Virus record (IMG/VR): IMGVR_UViG_3300015607_004160
DNA: 64,000 nucleotides
Reading direction: 5' to 3' (one strand)
DNA from: a virus
Taxonomy: Duplodnaviria > Caudoviricetes
Shown: piece after piece, positions 46,781 through 56,524 of the stretch
Numbering within the stretch: the first letter of the stretch is position 1
Layout of the letters: each line of letters begins with the position of its first letter
Program-made: the position numbers and the translations under genes
The notes under the pieces: generated by a model
Databases searched by the model: none
Told to the model about the DNA's origin: nothing
What the model saw: only the letters and a program-made list of their open reading frames with translations

Positions 46781-48158
46781 CGGTAGTAGGTATGTTTTTT
46801 TCAGACACTCTAAAATTAAAGTCATCTGCTAGTTCAAATTTATACTTAGCTGATAATTTAGAGCTTATATCACCACCACTAAATCTAACTATAATATTAA
46901 AATTAATAAGTGGTTTGTCATCCATTTCTAAATTTACTTTAATAGTAAAATCATTATTTTCTTCTTCTTCATCAACTAACATCTTAACATGATAATCAAA
47001 ACTAACTTTTAAATCATCATATACCTGTCTAAAAAAGTCTCTTGATGGTATTTGATTAAATACATTTCCATTATTTCCCAAGTAATATGTCATTCTTTCA
47101 GAACATCCTAGTTTTTCAACTAATGTTTTGACTAATTTCATTTTAACATTACCATCAGCTAATTTGAAACCATTATCTAGCTTTTTAATGTCATCTAAGT
47201 TGTTTTTAGTTATTGATTCAGTTAATAGATGCTCCAGTATCTTAGAATTTAATATAAATACTTTTGTTTCCATCCATTCATTATAAACTCTTTCAACATC
47301 CATGAAGCAATTATCACGATTTTTCCAAATTTCACTCATTAAATCATGAAAATTAAGAATGTTTTTGTTAAACTCTTTGATAAATTCACCCAAGTGTTTA
47401 AACCTAGGATCTCTGTGTTTTATTTCAAAATATCTGAACCAATCTAAGGAATCTATTCTATCCTCGTCTATAAATTTTTCAATATGGATTTGAATATTCT
47501 TATTTGCATTGTCATATATAGTTCTAACCCATTGTTGAACTAACTTATTCCATTTCTGAATATACTCTGGTCCATATAACTTATCTATTTCATTTCCAAT
47601 TAAATCATCTGCAAATGTATTAAAGCTTGCAGTTTTATTCACAGTAATATTCTTATTTAAATAAAATGAATATTGTCTACCATCAGTTAGTTCTAAAACA
47701 ATATCTTCAGTATGGTCCTGATCTTTATTTGGACCTATCCAATATACTGCAACTACCATATCCTCGGTCACTTTACCATCTGGTAAAAGTTTATCTATAA
47801 TGTTTCTTGCTAGTATTCTAGCATTAACCAATTTATTCCAATCTTCTTCAATATTAAAACTAACCTCATCAAAAAATCCATTTAGTTTAGAAATTTCATT
47901 ATCAACTACACATTTATTATCAACAAATTGACCTAGATGTAATCTATTTTTAGCCAAAACCATATTTTTCAAATCTGTTAGAAAAACTCTTGAACTCTCA
48001 CTGTATCTAGCTTTTAATCCTTTATCTAATATACCATCTAGAAAAGAATTATTTATCAACAGCATACTTACACAAATTTCATGTATTATATTTGTTGGCT
48101 TATAGTAGCTCTTTTCAACTGATTCCAATAATAAAAAATCTAAATATTTCTTAATCAT
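46761..48158 (-). CDS. Hypothetical protein (N-terminal tag)
   Basis: MIKKYLDFLLLES; 465 aa. Confidence 0.75.
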   Translation of the reverse strand: MIKKYLDFLLLESVEKSYYKPTNIIHEICVSMLLINNSFLDGILDKGLKARYSESSRVFLTDLKNMVLAKNRLHLGQFVDNKCVVDNEISKLNGFFDEVSFNIEEDWNKLVNARILARNIIDKLLPDGKVTEDMVVAVYWIGPNKDQDHTEDIVLELTDGRQYSFYLNKNITVNKTASFNTFADDLIGNEIDKLYGPEYIQKWNKLVQQWVRTIYDNANKNIQIHIEKFIDEDRIDSLDWFRYFEIKHRDPRFKHLGEFIKEFNKNILNFHDLMSEIWKNRDNCFMDVERVYNEWMETKVFILNSKILEHLLTESITKNNLDDIKKLDNGFKLADGNVKMKLVKTLVEKLGCSERMTYYLGNNGNVFNQIPSRDFFRQVYDDLKVSFDYHVKMLVDEEEENNDFTIKVNLEMDDKPLINFNIIVRFSGGDISSKLSAKYKFELADDFNFRVSEKNIPTTDEDKEI

Positions 48159-48502
48159 AATGATATTCTTGCGTCTTTTTTAATATGTGACTCTTCTTCC
48201 TTTTTATCGTGACTATATATACTTTTAACTTTATTGTATATCTTTCTTCCTTGATTCCAACTCACATCCATTTTAACATCATCAACTTCAAGAATATAAT
48301 GGCCTATTGGACTTCCCATTATATTAATATCGTACCTAATAGATATGTTAAATCCCTTCACATTGAATCGGAATTTAGAATATGATTCGTCATTGATGAT
48401 ATCTGATGATTTTAATTCATCAAGATTCTTTAATATTTTTTGCGCAATATCAGAATCTTTATTCCAAAAAGCATATTCTTTAATATATTTCATCTTATTC
48501 AA
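48155..48502 (-). CDS. Hypothetical protein (N-terminal tag-like)
   Basis: MKYIKEY near start. Confidence 0.6.
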   Translation of the reverse strand: MNKMKYIKEYAFWNKDSDIAQKILKNLDELKSSDIINDESYSKFRFNVKGFNISIRYDINIMGSPIGHYILEVDDVKMDVSWNQGRKIYNKVKSIYSHDKKEEESHIKKDARISL

Positions 48503-49205
48503 ATTTAGTTAATTCATATACTTGACCATGATAATTACATTCTGAACAAGCAAAATTTCCGGAATAACAATCAGAGTCGAATATATCCGAATCACATTTT
48601 GGACAAACTCCAACTAAATTATCATCCCCACTTGATTCTTTAATTTTAGTAATTTTACTTAGCCCTTGCTTTTGAAAGTCATCAAAATTCATCACTCTTT
48701 TCCCTTTTGGCTCTGCTGATGTTGTGTAGTCTTGCTTCTTAGAGAAGGTACTCCTTAATGATTTTAGGTCTAATTTTCTTTCTCTACTTTTCTTACCTGT
48801 TCTAGCACCATGATTTTTACCCATTTCTTTTGCAGGTGTTTTTTGATACATTTTATCAGGACCAGGAAATGGATTAGAAATATCCCCTGATCCGATTGTT
48901 CCTCCGTTTCCAGACCAATTATTACCAATAGTTGATCCAGCATAAGATGATGGTTGTGCAGCAGTTACTGCTCCCATCCCACCAATACCAGCATTAGCAA
49001 AAGCTACTCCCCCAGATCCAACATCACCACCACTAACAGCACCCGCTGGACCACCCGTAGCACTTGTATCTTCAATTATAGAGTAGATATATTCCTTCTC
49101 TTTTTTATCAATAATTTGATTGATTTGTTTAGTAGATTTTTTCTCAAGAATCATTTGAGTTCTTAATTCTACTAACTCTTCTATGGTTAATTGATTTAAT
49201 TTCAT
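48495..49205 (-). CDS. Gly-rich protein with C-terminal zinc ribbon
   Basis: GGPAGAVSGGDVGSGG...; CPKC...CSEC. Confidence 0.65.
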   Translation of the reverse strand: MKLNQLTIEELVELRTQMILEKKSTKQINQIIDKKEKEYIYSIIEDTSATGGPAGAVSGGDVGSGGVAFANAGIGGMGAVTAAQPSSYAGSTIGNNWSGNGGTIGSGDISNPFPGPDKMYQKTPAKEMGKNHGARTGKKSRERKLDLKSLRSTFSKKQDYTTSAEPKGKRVMNFDDFQKQGLSKITKIKESSGDDNLVGVCPKCDSDIFDSDCYSGNFACSECNYHGQVYELTKFE

Positions 49206-49261
49206 ATCCTATATATAAAAATATTATCTTCAAAAAGCAATCTATTTTTATATATAACCTT

Positions 49262-49900
49262 ATGTTGGACATAAAGAAGTTAGAGATAAATAAATTATTT
49301 AAAGAGTTTGAATATGTTAAATCTGATTATGAATATAAATCAGAAATAGTAAGAGAAGCCGATGTAGAATTTTTAAAAAGTATAGATACTATACTAAATA
49401 AAAGCGAAGAATTAAAATCAATCTACCATGATAAGGTAGATATAAAAATAAAAGACAAAATTGAAAAAAGAACACAAGATATTCATATTGAAGAAAGTGA
49501 TGATGGTAGATTCGAAGTTGAGATCAGTATTGAGGAAAATAATCATCAAACGAATATTAGACCAAATAAAATAAAAAAATTATATCGTCAAATAGTTAAG
49601 ATCACACACCCCGATAAAGTAGAACAAGAAAGACTGAACACACTTTATATAGAAGCATCTAAATTTTATAACGAAAATGATATAATTGGAATTTATAAAA
49701 TATGTGATGAGCTATCCATACCATACGAGGTAGAAGATGATGATATCTTACTGGTAAAAGAAAATATTTCAATTTTTAAAGATAGAATTTCTTTCTTAGA
49801 AAATACCTTCACTTGGAAGTGGTTTAATGAAAATGATGACAATAAAGTTGAATTAGTTTTAAAATATATAAGGAGTCAAATCATTGGTATTAAAAATTAA
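49262..49900 (+). CDS. J-domain-containing protein
   Basis: IKKLYRQIVKITHPDK. Confidence 0.7.
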   Translation: MLDIKKLEINKLFKEFEYVKSDYEYKSEIVREADVEFLKSIDTILNKSEELKSIYHDKVDIKIKDKIEKRTQDIHIEESDDGRFEVEISIEENNHQTNIRPNKIKKLYRQIVKITHPDKVEQERLNTLYIEASKFYNENDIIGIYKICDELSIPYEVEDDDILLVKENISIFKDRISFLENTFTWKWFNENDDNKVELVLKYIRSQIIGIKN

Positions 49901-49911
49901 ATATATACCTT

Positions 49912-50142
49912 ATGAGTAAAATAAATAAATACGAAGATTTTAAAAATGTTAATGAATCCATGACTAATGATTCAGTACAAGATCTAATACAAAAAGCCAA
50001 AAGAATGGTTTCTAAAGATCAAATCCAAAAATTCATTCAGGATAATCAATCAGAGGTTGAAAGAGTTAAAGATTTATTAACAGATGAAAATGGTGGTATA
50101 GATTATAATAAGGTCTCTAAGTTTATTCAAAAAAATATCTAA
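49912..50142 (+). CDS. Hypothetical protein (N-terminal tag)
   Basis: MSKINKYEDFKNVNES. Confidence 0.6.
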   Translation: MSKINKYEDFKNVNESMTNDSVQDLIQKAKRMVSKDQIQKFIQDNQSEVERVKDLLTDENGGIDYNKVSKFIQKNI

Positions 50143-50144
50143 TT

Positions 50145-50951
50145 ATGCACGTTATATATTCGGTACATATCGTAGATACCATAAATCTTAAAGACGCGAA
50201 AAGTAAAATAAATGGTAAGTTATTGAATGAGACCATCTCGGAACTATTTTATGATATGGGTGGTAAATTACTAGCTATTTATAATTATGGTGCAATAAGT
50301 TTTGCTAATTATGATAAATCCAGCTCTGATGAGATAGTGAAATTAGTTAAATCTATATCCGAAGATACCGCTGAATATAATGTTACCGATGAAGAAATAA
50401 AAATTGATGTTTATAATACTGAAACAGAAGAAGAAGAAGAAAAATATGGCAAATTTTCATTTGAAGACAATATATTATATGTACCTGAAAAGATGTTTGT
50501 AGACAAAAACATGTTTAGAATAGTTATGTTTAATTTATCACAAACTGTAACTATGGATTACTATAGTTATATCGGTGATAGTCTATTAAATAATACTAAA
50601 AAATTAACCAAAGAATTAGAATTAAAAGGTAAAATAGATATATCAAAATCAGAAATGATGAAATTTATTGGTAAAAGCTTAAATGCAAAAACCAATGTTG
50701 TTGACACACTATACATTTTTGATTCACCAGATTTAACATGGGAAAATCCCGATATAGATGAATTACATAAATTTTTGGTATATGAATTTGATTTAAAATC
50801 TAGATTTAGAGAGCTAGAATACTCATTCAAAATTGTAGATGATAATCTACAAACATTCAAAGACATCTATCAACATAAGGAATCGTATGTCATGGAAACA
50901 ATTGTTATTATACTTATCTTGATTGAGGTTATTAAATCTTTTACTGAATAA
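50145..50951 (+). CDS. RMD1/DUF155 family protein
   Basis: YNYGAISF, LSQTV.MDYY, DSPDLTWE, FDLKSRF, METIVIILILIEV. Confidence 0.75.
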   Translation: MHVIYSVHIVDTINLKDAKSKINGKLLNETISELFYDMGGKLLAIYNYGAISFANYDKSSSDEIVKLVKSISEDTAEYNVTDEEIKIDVYNTETEEEEEKYGKFSFEDNILYVPEKMFVDKNMFRIVMFNLSQTVTMDYYSYIGDSLLNNTKKLTKELELKGKIDISKSEMMKFIGKSLNAKTNVVDTLYIFDSPDLTWENPDIDELHKFLVYEFDLKSRFRELEYSFKIVDDNLQTFKDIYQHKESYVMETIVIILILIEVIKSFTE

Positions 50952-50954
50952 TTA

Positions 50955-51344
50955 TTATACCTCTTCTAAACATTGAATCAATCCTTCAAAAGTATCACAT
51001 TTATAAAATCTATAGGATAATTGGTCATATACATAATACCATTCATCATCAATTTTTCTAACTGCAAATTGAGAATTCATCATTAATGAAGAAACCAGTC
51101 CATTGCAATTTTTATTACAATAACGAATCCATTTGTCGATTTCTATCATATGGTTGCCCCTTAGTCCTTGTCCAAATAGACTTTTTAATTTTTCTATTTC
51201 CATTTTTGTGAATCCGTCCAGCTTTTTGGGGCCGTTCCAATCTGTACCTGATACTATATTATCATCTCCAGCAAACTTCTCCCATTCCTCAACTTCTATT
51301 TCATGGTATAGTTTATTAAAACTTTCAAATAATTTAATTTTCAT
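50955..51344 (-). CDS. Hypothetical protein (N-terminal tag; DEWY module)
   Basis: MKIKLFES; IDDEWYYV...YKCDTFEGLIQ. Confidence 0.7.
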   Translation of the reverse strand: MKIKLFESFNKLYHEIEVEEWEKFAGDDNIVSGTDWNGPKKLDGFTKMEIEKLKSLFGQGLRGNHMIEIDKWIRYCNKNCNGLVSSLMMNSQFAVRKIDDEWYYVYDQLSYRFYKCDTFEGLIQCLEEV

Positions 51345-51906
51345 CTCTCTTCCCTAAATATTTAAATAGTATATATTGAAGCTCCGGAGTATTTTCTTCC
51401 CATACTCGAATAGGATCCTCCATCAACTTATCATTCCATATTTCAACTTGACCAATTCTGTCAAGATTTCTTATTATTGAAACGTCTTCTGGTATATCAA
51501 CAGCCTTTTCAGCTTTTTGATATCTATCATATATATCCATTCCTGATAACATGCTCTTAAAGGCAGCCGTTTTATCCATTGATATTGCAATGGGGTGTTT
51601 GATCCATTTTATATTTTTATATAAGAATTTTTGATTTTTTGAATAAAAAAATCTATCAACTAATAGTATTCTATGATAATAGAAATCAAAATCATATTTA
51701 CTTATTACAATAACATCATTAAATCTATTATTTGTTTTAAGATAAATATCTATTTTATCTGCTAAACCAGGTGTAATATCATATTCTATATATAAGAAAA
51801 ATTCACCACTATCTTTTTTTGATAAATATTTTTCATCAACTTCAGATAGTAAGTAATCTAAGTATTCCTCAGCATTAAATGATTCATTAAACCTTCTTAC
51901 CCTCAT
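51334..51906 (-). CDS. Hypothetical protein (N-terminal tag)
   Basis: MRVRRFNES. Confidence 0.7.
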   Translation of the reverse strand: MRVRRFNESFNAEEYLDYLLSEVDEKYLSKKDSGEFFLYIEYDITPGLADKIDIYLKTNNRFNDVIVISKYDFDFYYHRILLVDRFFYSKNQKFLYKNIKWIKHPIAISMDKTAAFKSMLSGMDIYDRYQKAEKAVDIPEDVSIIRNLDRIGQVEIWNDKLMEDPIRVWEENTPELQYILFKYLGKRDEN

Positions 51907-51907
51907 A

Positions 51908-52603
51908 TTAATATTCTAATTTTAAAGTTTTCCCTTCATGAATTATCTCAACACCACTAAAAACACTTCTCTCATACTTATCATCATCATTCCTCTTTCT
52001 ATGTTTTAAGTTCTTAATATCTTTATATAATTGACTATCATTAGTAATTGTATCTTTAAGATACAAATATATTGTTTCTTTTCTACCATAATATCCTGAT
52101 GATCCATGCACATGATTAAAACTTGAATATTCCACATTATATTTATCTTTTAATACTGTTTTTATTATATTAGGATCTATACTTACACTACCATGATTTG
52201 ATGTAAGTGCATCTAATAATGAAAAGTTATTATCAATAAAAAAAACCTTTATATGAATTTCATTATCCCATATCTGAATTCCCCATTTATATCCAAGGTG
52301 ATCGATTCTTTTAAGCGGGGTTTTTAGTCTATTTAAAATATCCTTTTGTTCATCATATCCCTTAACTAAATTTTCAAAATCTGCAAATCCATTTGCATTT
52401 TGCACACACTCATCTTTATAAATAGTTATTCTAATATATTTCTGATCGCTGCTTAGATTACCGACCGTGCGGATTTCACAAGTAGGGTATTCTTCTCCAT
52501 CCTCAAGTTTTTGCCTTTCGTCTAGGAATTCTGTAAATATATCCTCAATCTCTTCAAACTGTTCAGTCGAATCAGACTCAAATATTTTTTTTAAATATTT
52601 CAT
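51908..52603 (-). CDS. Hypothetical protein (N-terminal tag)
   Basis: MKYLKKIFES; RIDHLGYKWGIQ resembles RLDRFEYKWQLI of 28531..29376. Confidence 0.7.
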   Translation of the reverse strand: MKYLKKIFESDSTEQFEEIEDIFTEFLDERQKLEDGEEYPTCEIRTVGNLSSDQKYIRITIYKDECVQNANGFADFENLVKGYDEQKDILNRLKTPLKRIDHLGYKWGIQIWDNEIHIKVFFIDNNFSLLDALTSNHGSVSIDPNIIKTVLKDKYNVEYSSFNHVHGSSGYYGRKETIYLYLKDTITNDSQLYKDIKNLKHRKRNDDDKYERSVFSGVEIIHEGKTLKLEY

Positions 52604-53394
52604 ATTACTCTACTTCTTTTTATATGTCTGTTTGTGTAACTACAAAGAGGTTGGGTATTTGTATATTTCACTAACTCAAGTAATTCTTCCGTTGTACTAG
52701 CAGTTGACAATGGAATAATATGATCTATATCCCACCCATAATTTAAATCTCCATTATATTTCCCATAGTTTTCCCAATTCATCCATGGTTCAAATTTTGA
52801 TTCTAAATATTTTCTATATTCACTAAAAGAACAACCTAATATATCTACTGATGATTTGTTATTTTTATTTTTTAAAGATAATCTTATATAGTTTCTAACA
52901 TTCCCACTTAATCTAAAAATGATATCTCTTTCTCTTCTTTTTTTCTGATTTATTTTTGAAAAATTCTTTTGATAGTCCTTTCTTGATTGTTTACTATTTG
53001 AAATTTTTTGATACTCTTTTACCTTGTCTTTATTTAATTCCTTCCACTTTATATCATATTCAGTATAGTATTTTTGATTTTCAATTCTAAAATTCTTTTC
53101 TTTTTGTTTCACATAATCTTTTTTCCTATATTCTTTTCTCCATTCATTAAAACAATATTTGCACATATGATATAATCCATCAGCATTTTCTTTTTGTTTT
53201 TTAAAATAGGTGATGTCCTTTTCAATATTACAAATACTACAAATTTTACTTTTAATCAAAACTTCATGTATAGTGTTATTTCTTCTTTTATTTATGCATT
53301 CTCTACATCTTGAATTAAATCCATCTTTTTCTCTTTTGTCCTTATTAAAATAAGTTAAACTTTTACTCAAGTTACATCCTTTACATAATTTCAT
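52600..53394 (-). CDS. HNH homing endonuclease
   Basis: CxxC repeats; LGCS..YLESKF..MNWENYG..WDIDHIIPL..YTNTQPL. Confidence 0.85.
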   Translation of the reverse strand: MKLCKGCNLSKSLTYFNKDKREKDGFNSRCRECINKRRNNTIHEVLIKSKICSICNIEKDITYFKKQKENADGLYHMCKYCFNEWRKEYRKKDYVKQKEKNFRIENQKYYTEYDIKWKELNKDKVKEYQKISNSKQSRKDYQKNFSKINQKKRRERDIIFRLSGNVRNYIRLSLKNKNNKSSVDILGCSFSEYRKYLESKFEPWMNWENYGKYNGDLNYGWDIDHIIPLSTASTTEELLELVKYTNTQPLCSYTNRHIKRSRVI

Positions 53395-53396
53395 AA

Positions 53397-54029
53397 TTAT
53401 ATTATACTTAATTTAAATTTATTATCATTTATGAATTTTTCAAACTCATCCTTTCTAAAGTATTTTTTAAATTTATCACTCGATTTTTCAGCATTTTGTA
53501 ATATCCATTCATTACTATTACTAGATACAAATATATACTTCTCTCCATTATCATCTACTTCAATTGTTTTTGATGATAGTTTATCATAGAATTTCTTGAT
53601 GTCATCATTTACCTTATATAACTTACTATTTTCCCATTTATTTAATGTTTCATTCCAACTTTGAATTAATAAGTAATTTGGATTTTCTAATTCATTACTT
53701 TCAATATTGTAAATTAGCATAAATCGGCAAGGCTTATTTACAAAAGTTTCAAAATCATCTGATGATTGAACTCCAGATTTTTTAAGGCCAATACTTGAGA
53801 GTGAGTTAATAAATTCTATATTATCAGAAAGATATTCCAGATCTAATTTATCAATATAATCATCCTTTGGTAACTTGAAAGTATCAAATATATCTACTTC
53901 TTGTGCCCCAACAGATCCCAATAAGGCATCATACCATATACTTAGAGATTCATTAATATCAATATTAACAATGGATAGATCAAACTTTAATGACTCGGAA
54001 AATTTTTTATATCCCTTAATATATTTCAT
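53397..54029 (-). CDS. Hypothetical protein (N-terminal tag)
   Basis: MKYIKGYKKFSES; TAATATATA upstream. Confidence 0.7.
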   Translation of the reverse strand: MKYIKGYKKFSESLKFDLSIVNIDINESLSIWYDALLGSVGAQEVDIFDTFKLPKDDYIDKLDLEYLSDNIEFINSLSSIGLKKSGVQSSDDFETFVNKPCRFMLIYNIESNELENPNYLLIQSWNETLNKWENSKLYKVNDDIKKFYDKLSSKTIEVDDNGEKYIFVSSNSNEWILQNAEKSSDKFKKYFRKDEFEKFINDNKFKLSII

Positions 54030-54173
54030 AAGGATATATATTAAAATATTATATGACTTTATCTAGCTCTTCTAATTTAGACAAATCTAAATAAAAAATA
54101 TATAGTAATATATTCCAAGTGCTATTAGAAGACTTTGCCAACTCATTTTTTCATCTAAATATAAATATGGATA

Positions 54174-54464
54174 TTAATCTTTAATATGTTGATAAATGCC
54201 GTCCTCTCTTATTGTCCATTTCCGTTGTTTAAGTATTTCCATCTTATCATTAGATGATTTAGCCATATCCTCATAGGTAAATCCAGCTTTATAGGCAGCT
54301 GCATATAAGGCCAATAAACAATCTACATATTCCATAATATCAGATGATTCTTCTATAGCCTCATCTGCTTCTTCTTTTAATTTTCTAAGATGTTCGATTG
54401 GTCCTGCTTGTGGGAAAACCTTTAATGATAGGTCTCCAAGTGATTCATAAATATCTTTATTCAT
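54174..54464 (-). CDS. MazG-like nucleotide pyrophosphohydrolase (DUF550-like)
   Basis: HLRKLKEEADE..MEYVD..KMEILKQRKW. Confidence 0.7.
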   Translation of the reverse strand: MNKDIYESLGDLSLKVFPQAGPIEHLRKLKEEADEAIEESSDIMEYVDCLLALYAAAYKAGFTYEDMAKSSNDKMEILKQRKWTIREDGIYQHIKD

Positions 54465-54813
54465 TTGTTATCTCGTCTATTTTATTATCCCTAATTGTTA
54501 TCCTATAAAACTCTTCCACTTTATCCATTGTTTCTTTTATACCTAGAACGTTTTTAATTATAAAATTGTAATCCGCAGTAATATTCATCGCCCTATTTCC
54601 ATTAGTCATTTTGACATAATCATCAACAAAATACTTTTTAGCTTCTTCGATATTTACTTTCTTATTTAAGAGATTAAAAAATCTATTAAAAGATTCTATA
54701 TAATCACTTGATAATATTAAGTACACCTCTTTTTCAAATAATTTAAAACTATAAGCACTAATACTAATATTAACCTCTGGAATTTCATTGTTTAACATAT
54801 GACTTATATACAT
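54457..54813 (-). CDS. Hypothetical protein (C-terminal tag)
   Basis: Ends IRDNKIDEITNE. Confidence 0.6.
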   Translation of the reverse strand: MYISHMLNNEIPEVNISISAYSFKLFEKEVYLILSSDYIESFNRFFNLLNKKVNIEEAKKYFVDDYVKMTNGNRAMNITADYNFIIKNVLGIKETMDKVEEFYRITIRDNKIDEITNE

Positions 54814-54865
54814 GACTTATAATAGAGTTTTAAACATTGATGATTATTATAGATATAATACATGT

Positions 54866-55390
54866 ATGAAAACAGAAAAAATTGTAATTGTAGGTAAATC
54901 CGGATCAGGAAAAGATCATTTACTGAGAGGATTGATTAAAAAAGAACTCAAATATCAACCCAAGATAACAACCCGTCCCAAAAGAAAATTAGAAAAACAA
55001 GGTATAGAATATAGCTTCTTAAGTAATCAAAATTTTAACAAAATGTTAGAATCTAATGAAATTAAGGTTTATCAGCACTTCGTTATAGACAATAGTGATT
55101 GGTATTATTCTATTAGTAATCAAAACTTTGAAAATAATCAATTATTTATAATGACTCCTCATGAAATATCTACCTTAAACAAGGAAGATAGGAAAAAATG
55201 TTTCGTGGTTTATTTGGACATAGATGAATCTATAAGAAGAGCTCGAATCACAAAAAGGAATGATGATAATGACTCTATTAATCGAAGAATGGAAGCTGAT
55301 GAAGCAGACTTTAAATATTTTGTTGATTATGATTTAAAAATCACAGATCCAGACTTTGAAACTGATATGGTTTATGATCTTATGAACTAA
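54866..55390 (+). CDS. gmk: Guanylate kinase-like protein
   Basis: GKSGSGKD, TTRPKR..E..GIEY.F; start reassigned to MKTEK. Confidence 0.85.
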   Translation: MKTEKIVIVGKSGSGKDHLLRGLIKKELKYQPKITTRPKRKLEKQGIEYSFLSNQNFNKMLESNEIKVYQHFVIDNSDWYYSISNQNFENNQLFIMTPHEISTLNKEDRKKCFVVYLDIDESIRRARITKRNDDNDSINRRMEADEADFKYFVDYDLKITDPDFETDMVYDLMN

Positions 55391-55694
55391 CTTTCCTTAA
55401 CATTGCTTTAAAGATAGTACTCATTCGTTTGCTCTCTATTGGATCGCACTGTAAAAATATCCTATGTGAGTAATCGCCTTCTTTTTGTTTTTCAAAACAC
55501 AAATCATATATTGGTATGCATTTATCAGAAAGAGGTTGTTTGGTTCTAGTGCAGTCCGAGTTAAGGAAATATCTTTCTATTTCAATAGAAAAGCCAGCAT
55601 CTATCATCTCTAGTGCAATATCGCTGATATCCTCATCAGAAATAGGATGGTATGAACTATAATCAGCTGATTCATTAAATCTTTTAATACGCAT
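55380..55694 (-). CDS. Hypothetical protein (N-terminal tag)
   Basis: MRIKRFNES. Confidence 0.65.
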   Translation of the reverse strand: MRIKRFNESADYSSYHPISDEDISDIALEMIDAGFSIEIERYFLNSDCTRTKQPLSDKCIPIYDLCFEKQKEGDYSHRIFLQCDPIESKRMSTIFKAMLRKVSS

Positions 55695-56416
55695 TATGGT
55701 TCTTTATATGTTTTGCCCCCATCATGAAATATTAACCCTTTCAACTGTCCATTAATAGAATTACAAACTTCTTCACTGTGTTGTATTGTATTTTCTAATA
55801 TAGAAAGCATAATATTTAAAATAGAATAGACTTTTAGTAGATTATTTTCTGATTTATAAAATTGACTACTACAAATACCTTCTATTAAATCTATGGTTAA
55901 AGAGATAGTATCATTATTTTTAGATTTCATCTTTTCAATGATTATTTCTGGTATACCAGCATCCTTCATTTCCCTTTCATATTCATATACAATATTATTA
56001 GTTAAAGAAAGAAAATTTTTCCATAACTCAGAATCATCCATAGTTTCAAATTTCTTAGAAGTAATAAAATCCATAAGACTTTCCTTATGTTTCTTTAAAT
56101 ATATAGATAGGTATTTTCGAAATACGACAGTTCTATAATCAGTTGAAAAGTGAAATGTTGGAATTCTAGAATACATCCAAAAATCCACATAGTTAAATAT
56201 GTCATGATTTTCTATATCAGATGGAGTAACATCCACATTTAATCCCTTTCCCTTTTTTTTCATAAAGTATTCAATATATTTTTCAGAAACTTTAGTAGCC
56301 ATTTTATTGAAAAAGGAAGATTTCAATAAATAATATAAAATTGATATTAAAAATACTACTATTCCACTTTTAATTCCATACTTTTCTAATAAAGAAATTA
56401 TATCACCAACTCCCAT
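55694..56416 (-). CDS. Protein with single N-terminal TM helix
   Basis: SGIVVFLISILYYLL followed by a soluble domain. Confidence 0.65.
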   Translation of the reverse strand: MGVGDIISLLEKYGIKSGIVVFLISILYYLLKSSFFNKMATKVSEKYIEYFMKKKGKGLNVDVTPSDIENHDIFNYVDFWMYSRIPTFHFSTDYRTVVFRKYLSIYLKKHKESLMDFITSKKFETMDDSELWKNFLSLTNNIVYEYEREMKDAGIPEIIIEKMKSKNNDTISLTIDLIEGICSSQFYKSENNLLKVYSILNIMLSILENTIQHSEEVCNSINGQLKGLIFHDGGKTYKEP

Positions 56417-56524
56417 AATACGAATTATTTTTTACATAGTATATATAAATGAAAAAATATACTTTTTTAATGCGAGATATGAATTTTAATATATATAAAC
56501 AACATAATAAAAAATTAATAACAG

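Noticed and set aside
54049-54146. Small membrane peptide MSWQSLLIALG
   Set aside because: Only 19 codons before a stop; insufficient support
54174-54464. MazZ as evidence of a 2-aminoadenine (Z) genome
   Set aside because: No purZ recognised in the window; three adenine methylases fit ordinary adenine DNA
55694-56416. Holin
   Set aside because: Only topology supports it; it is far from the endolysin and has no recognisable motif
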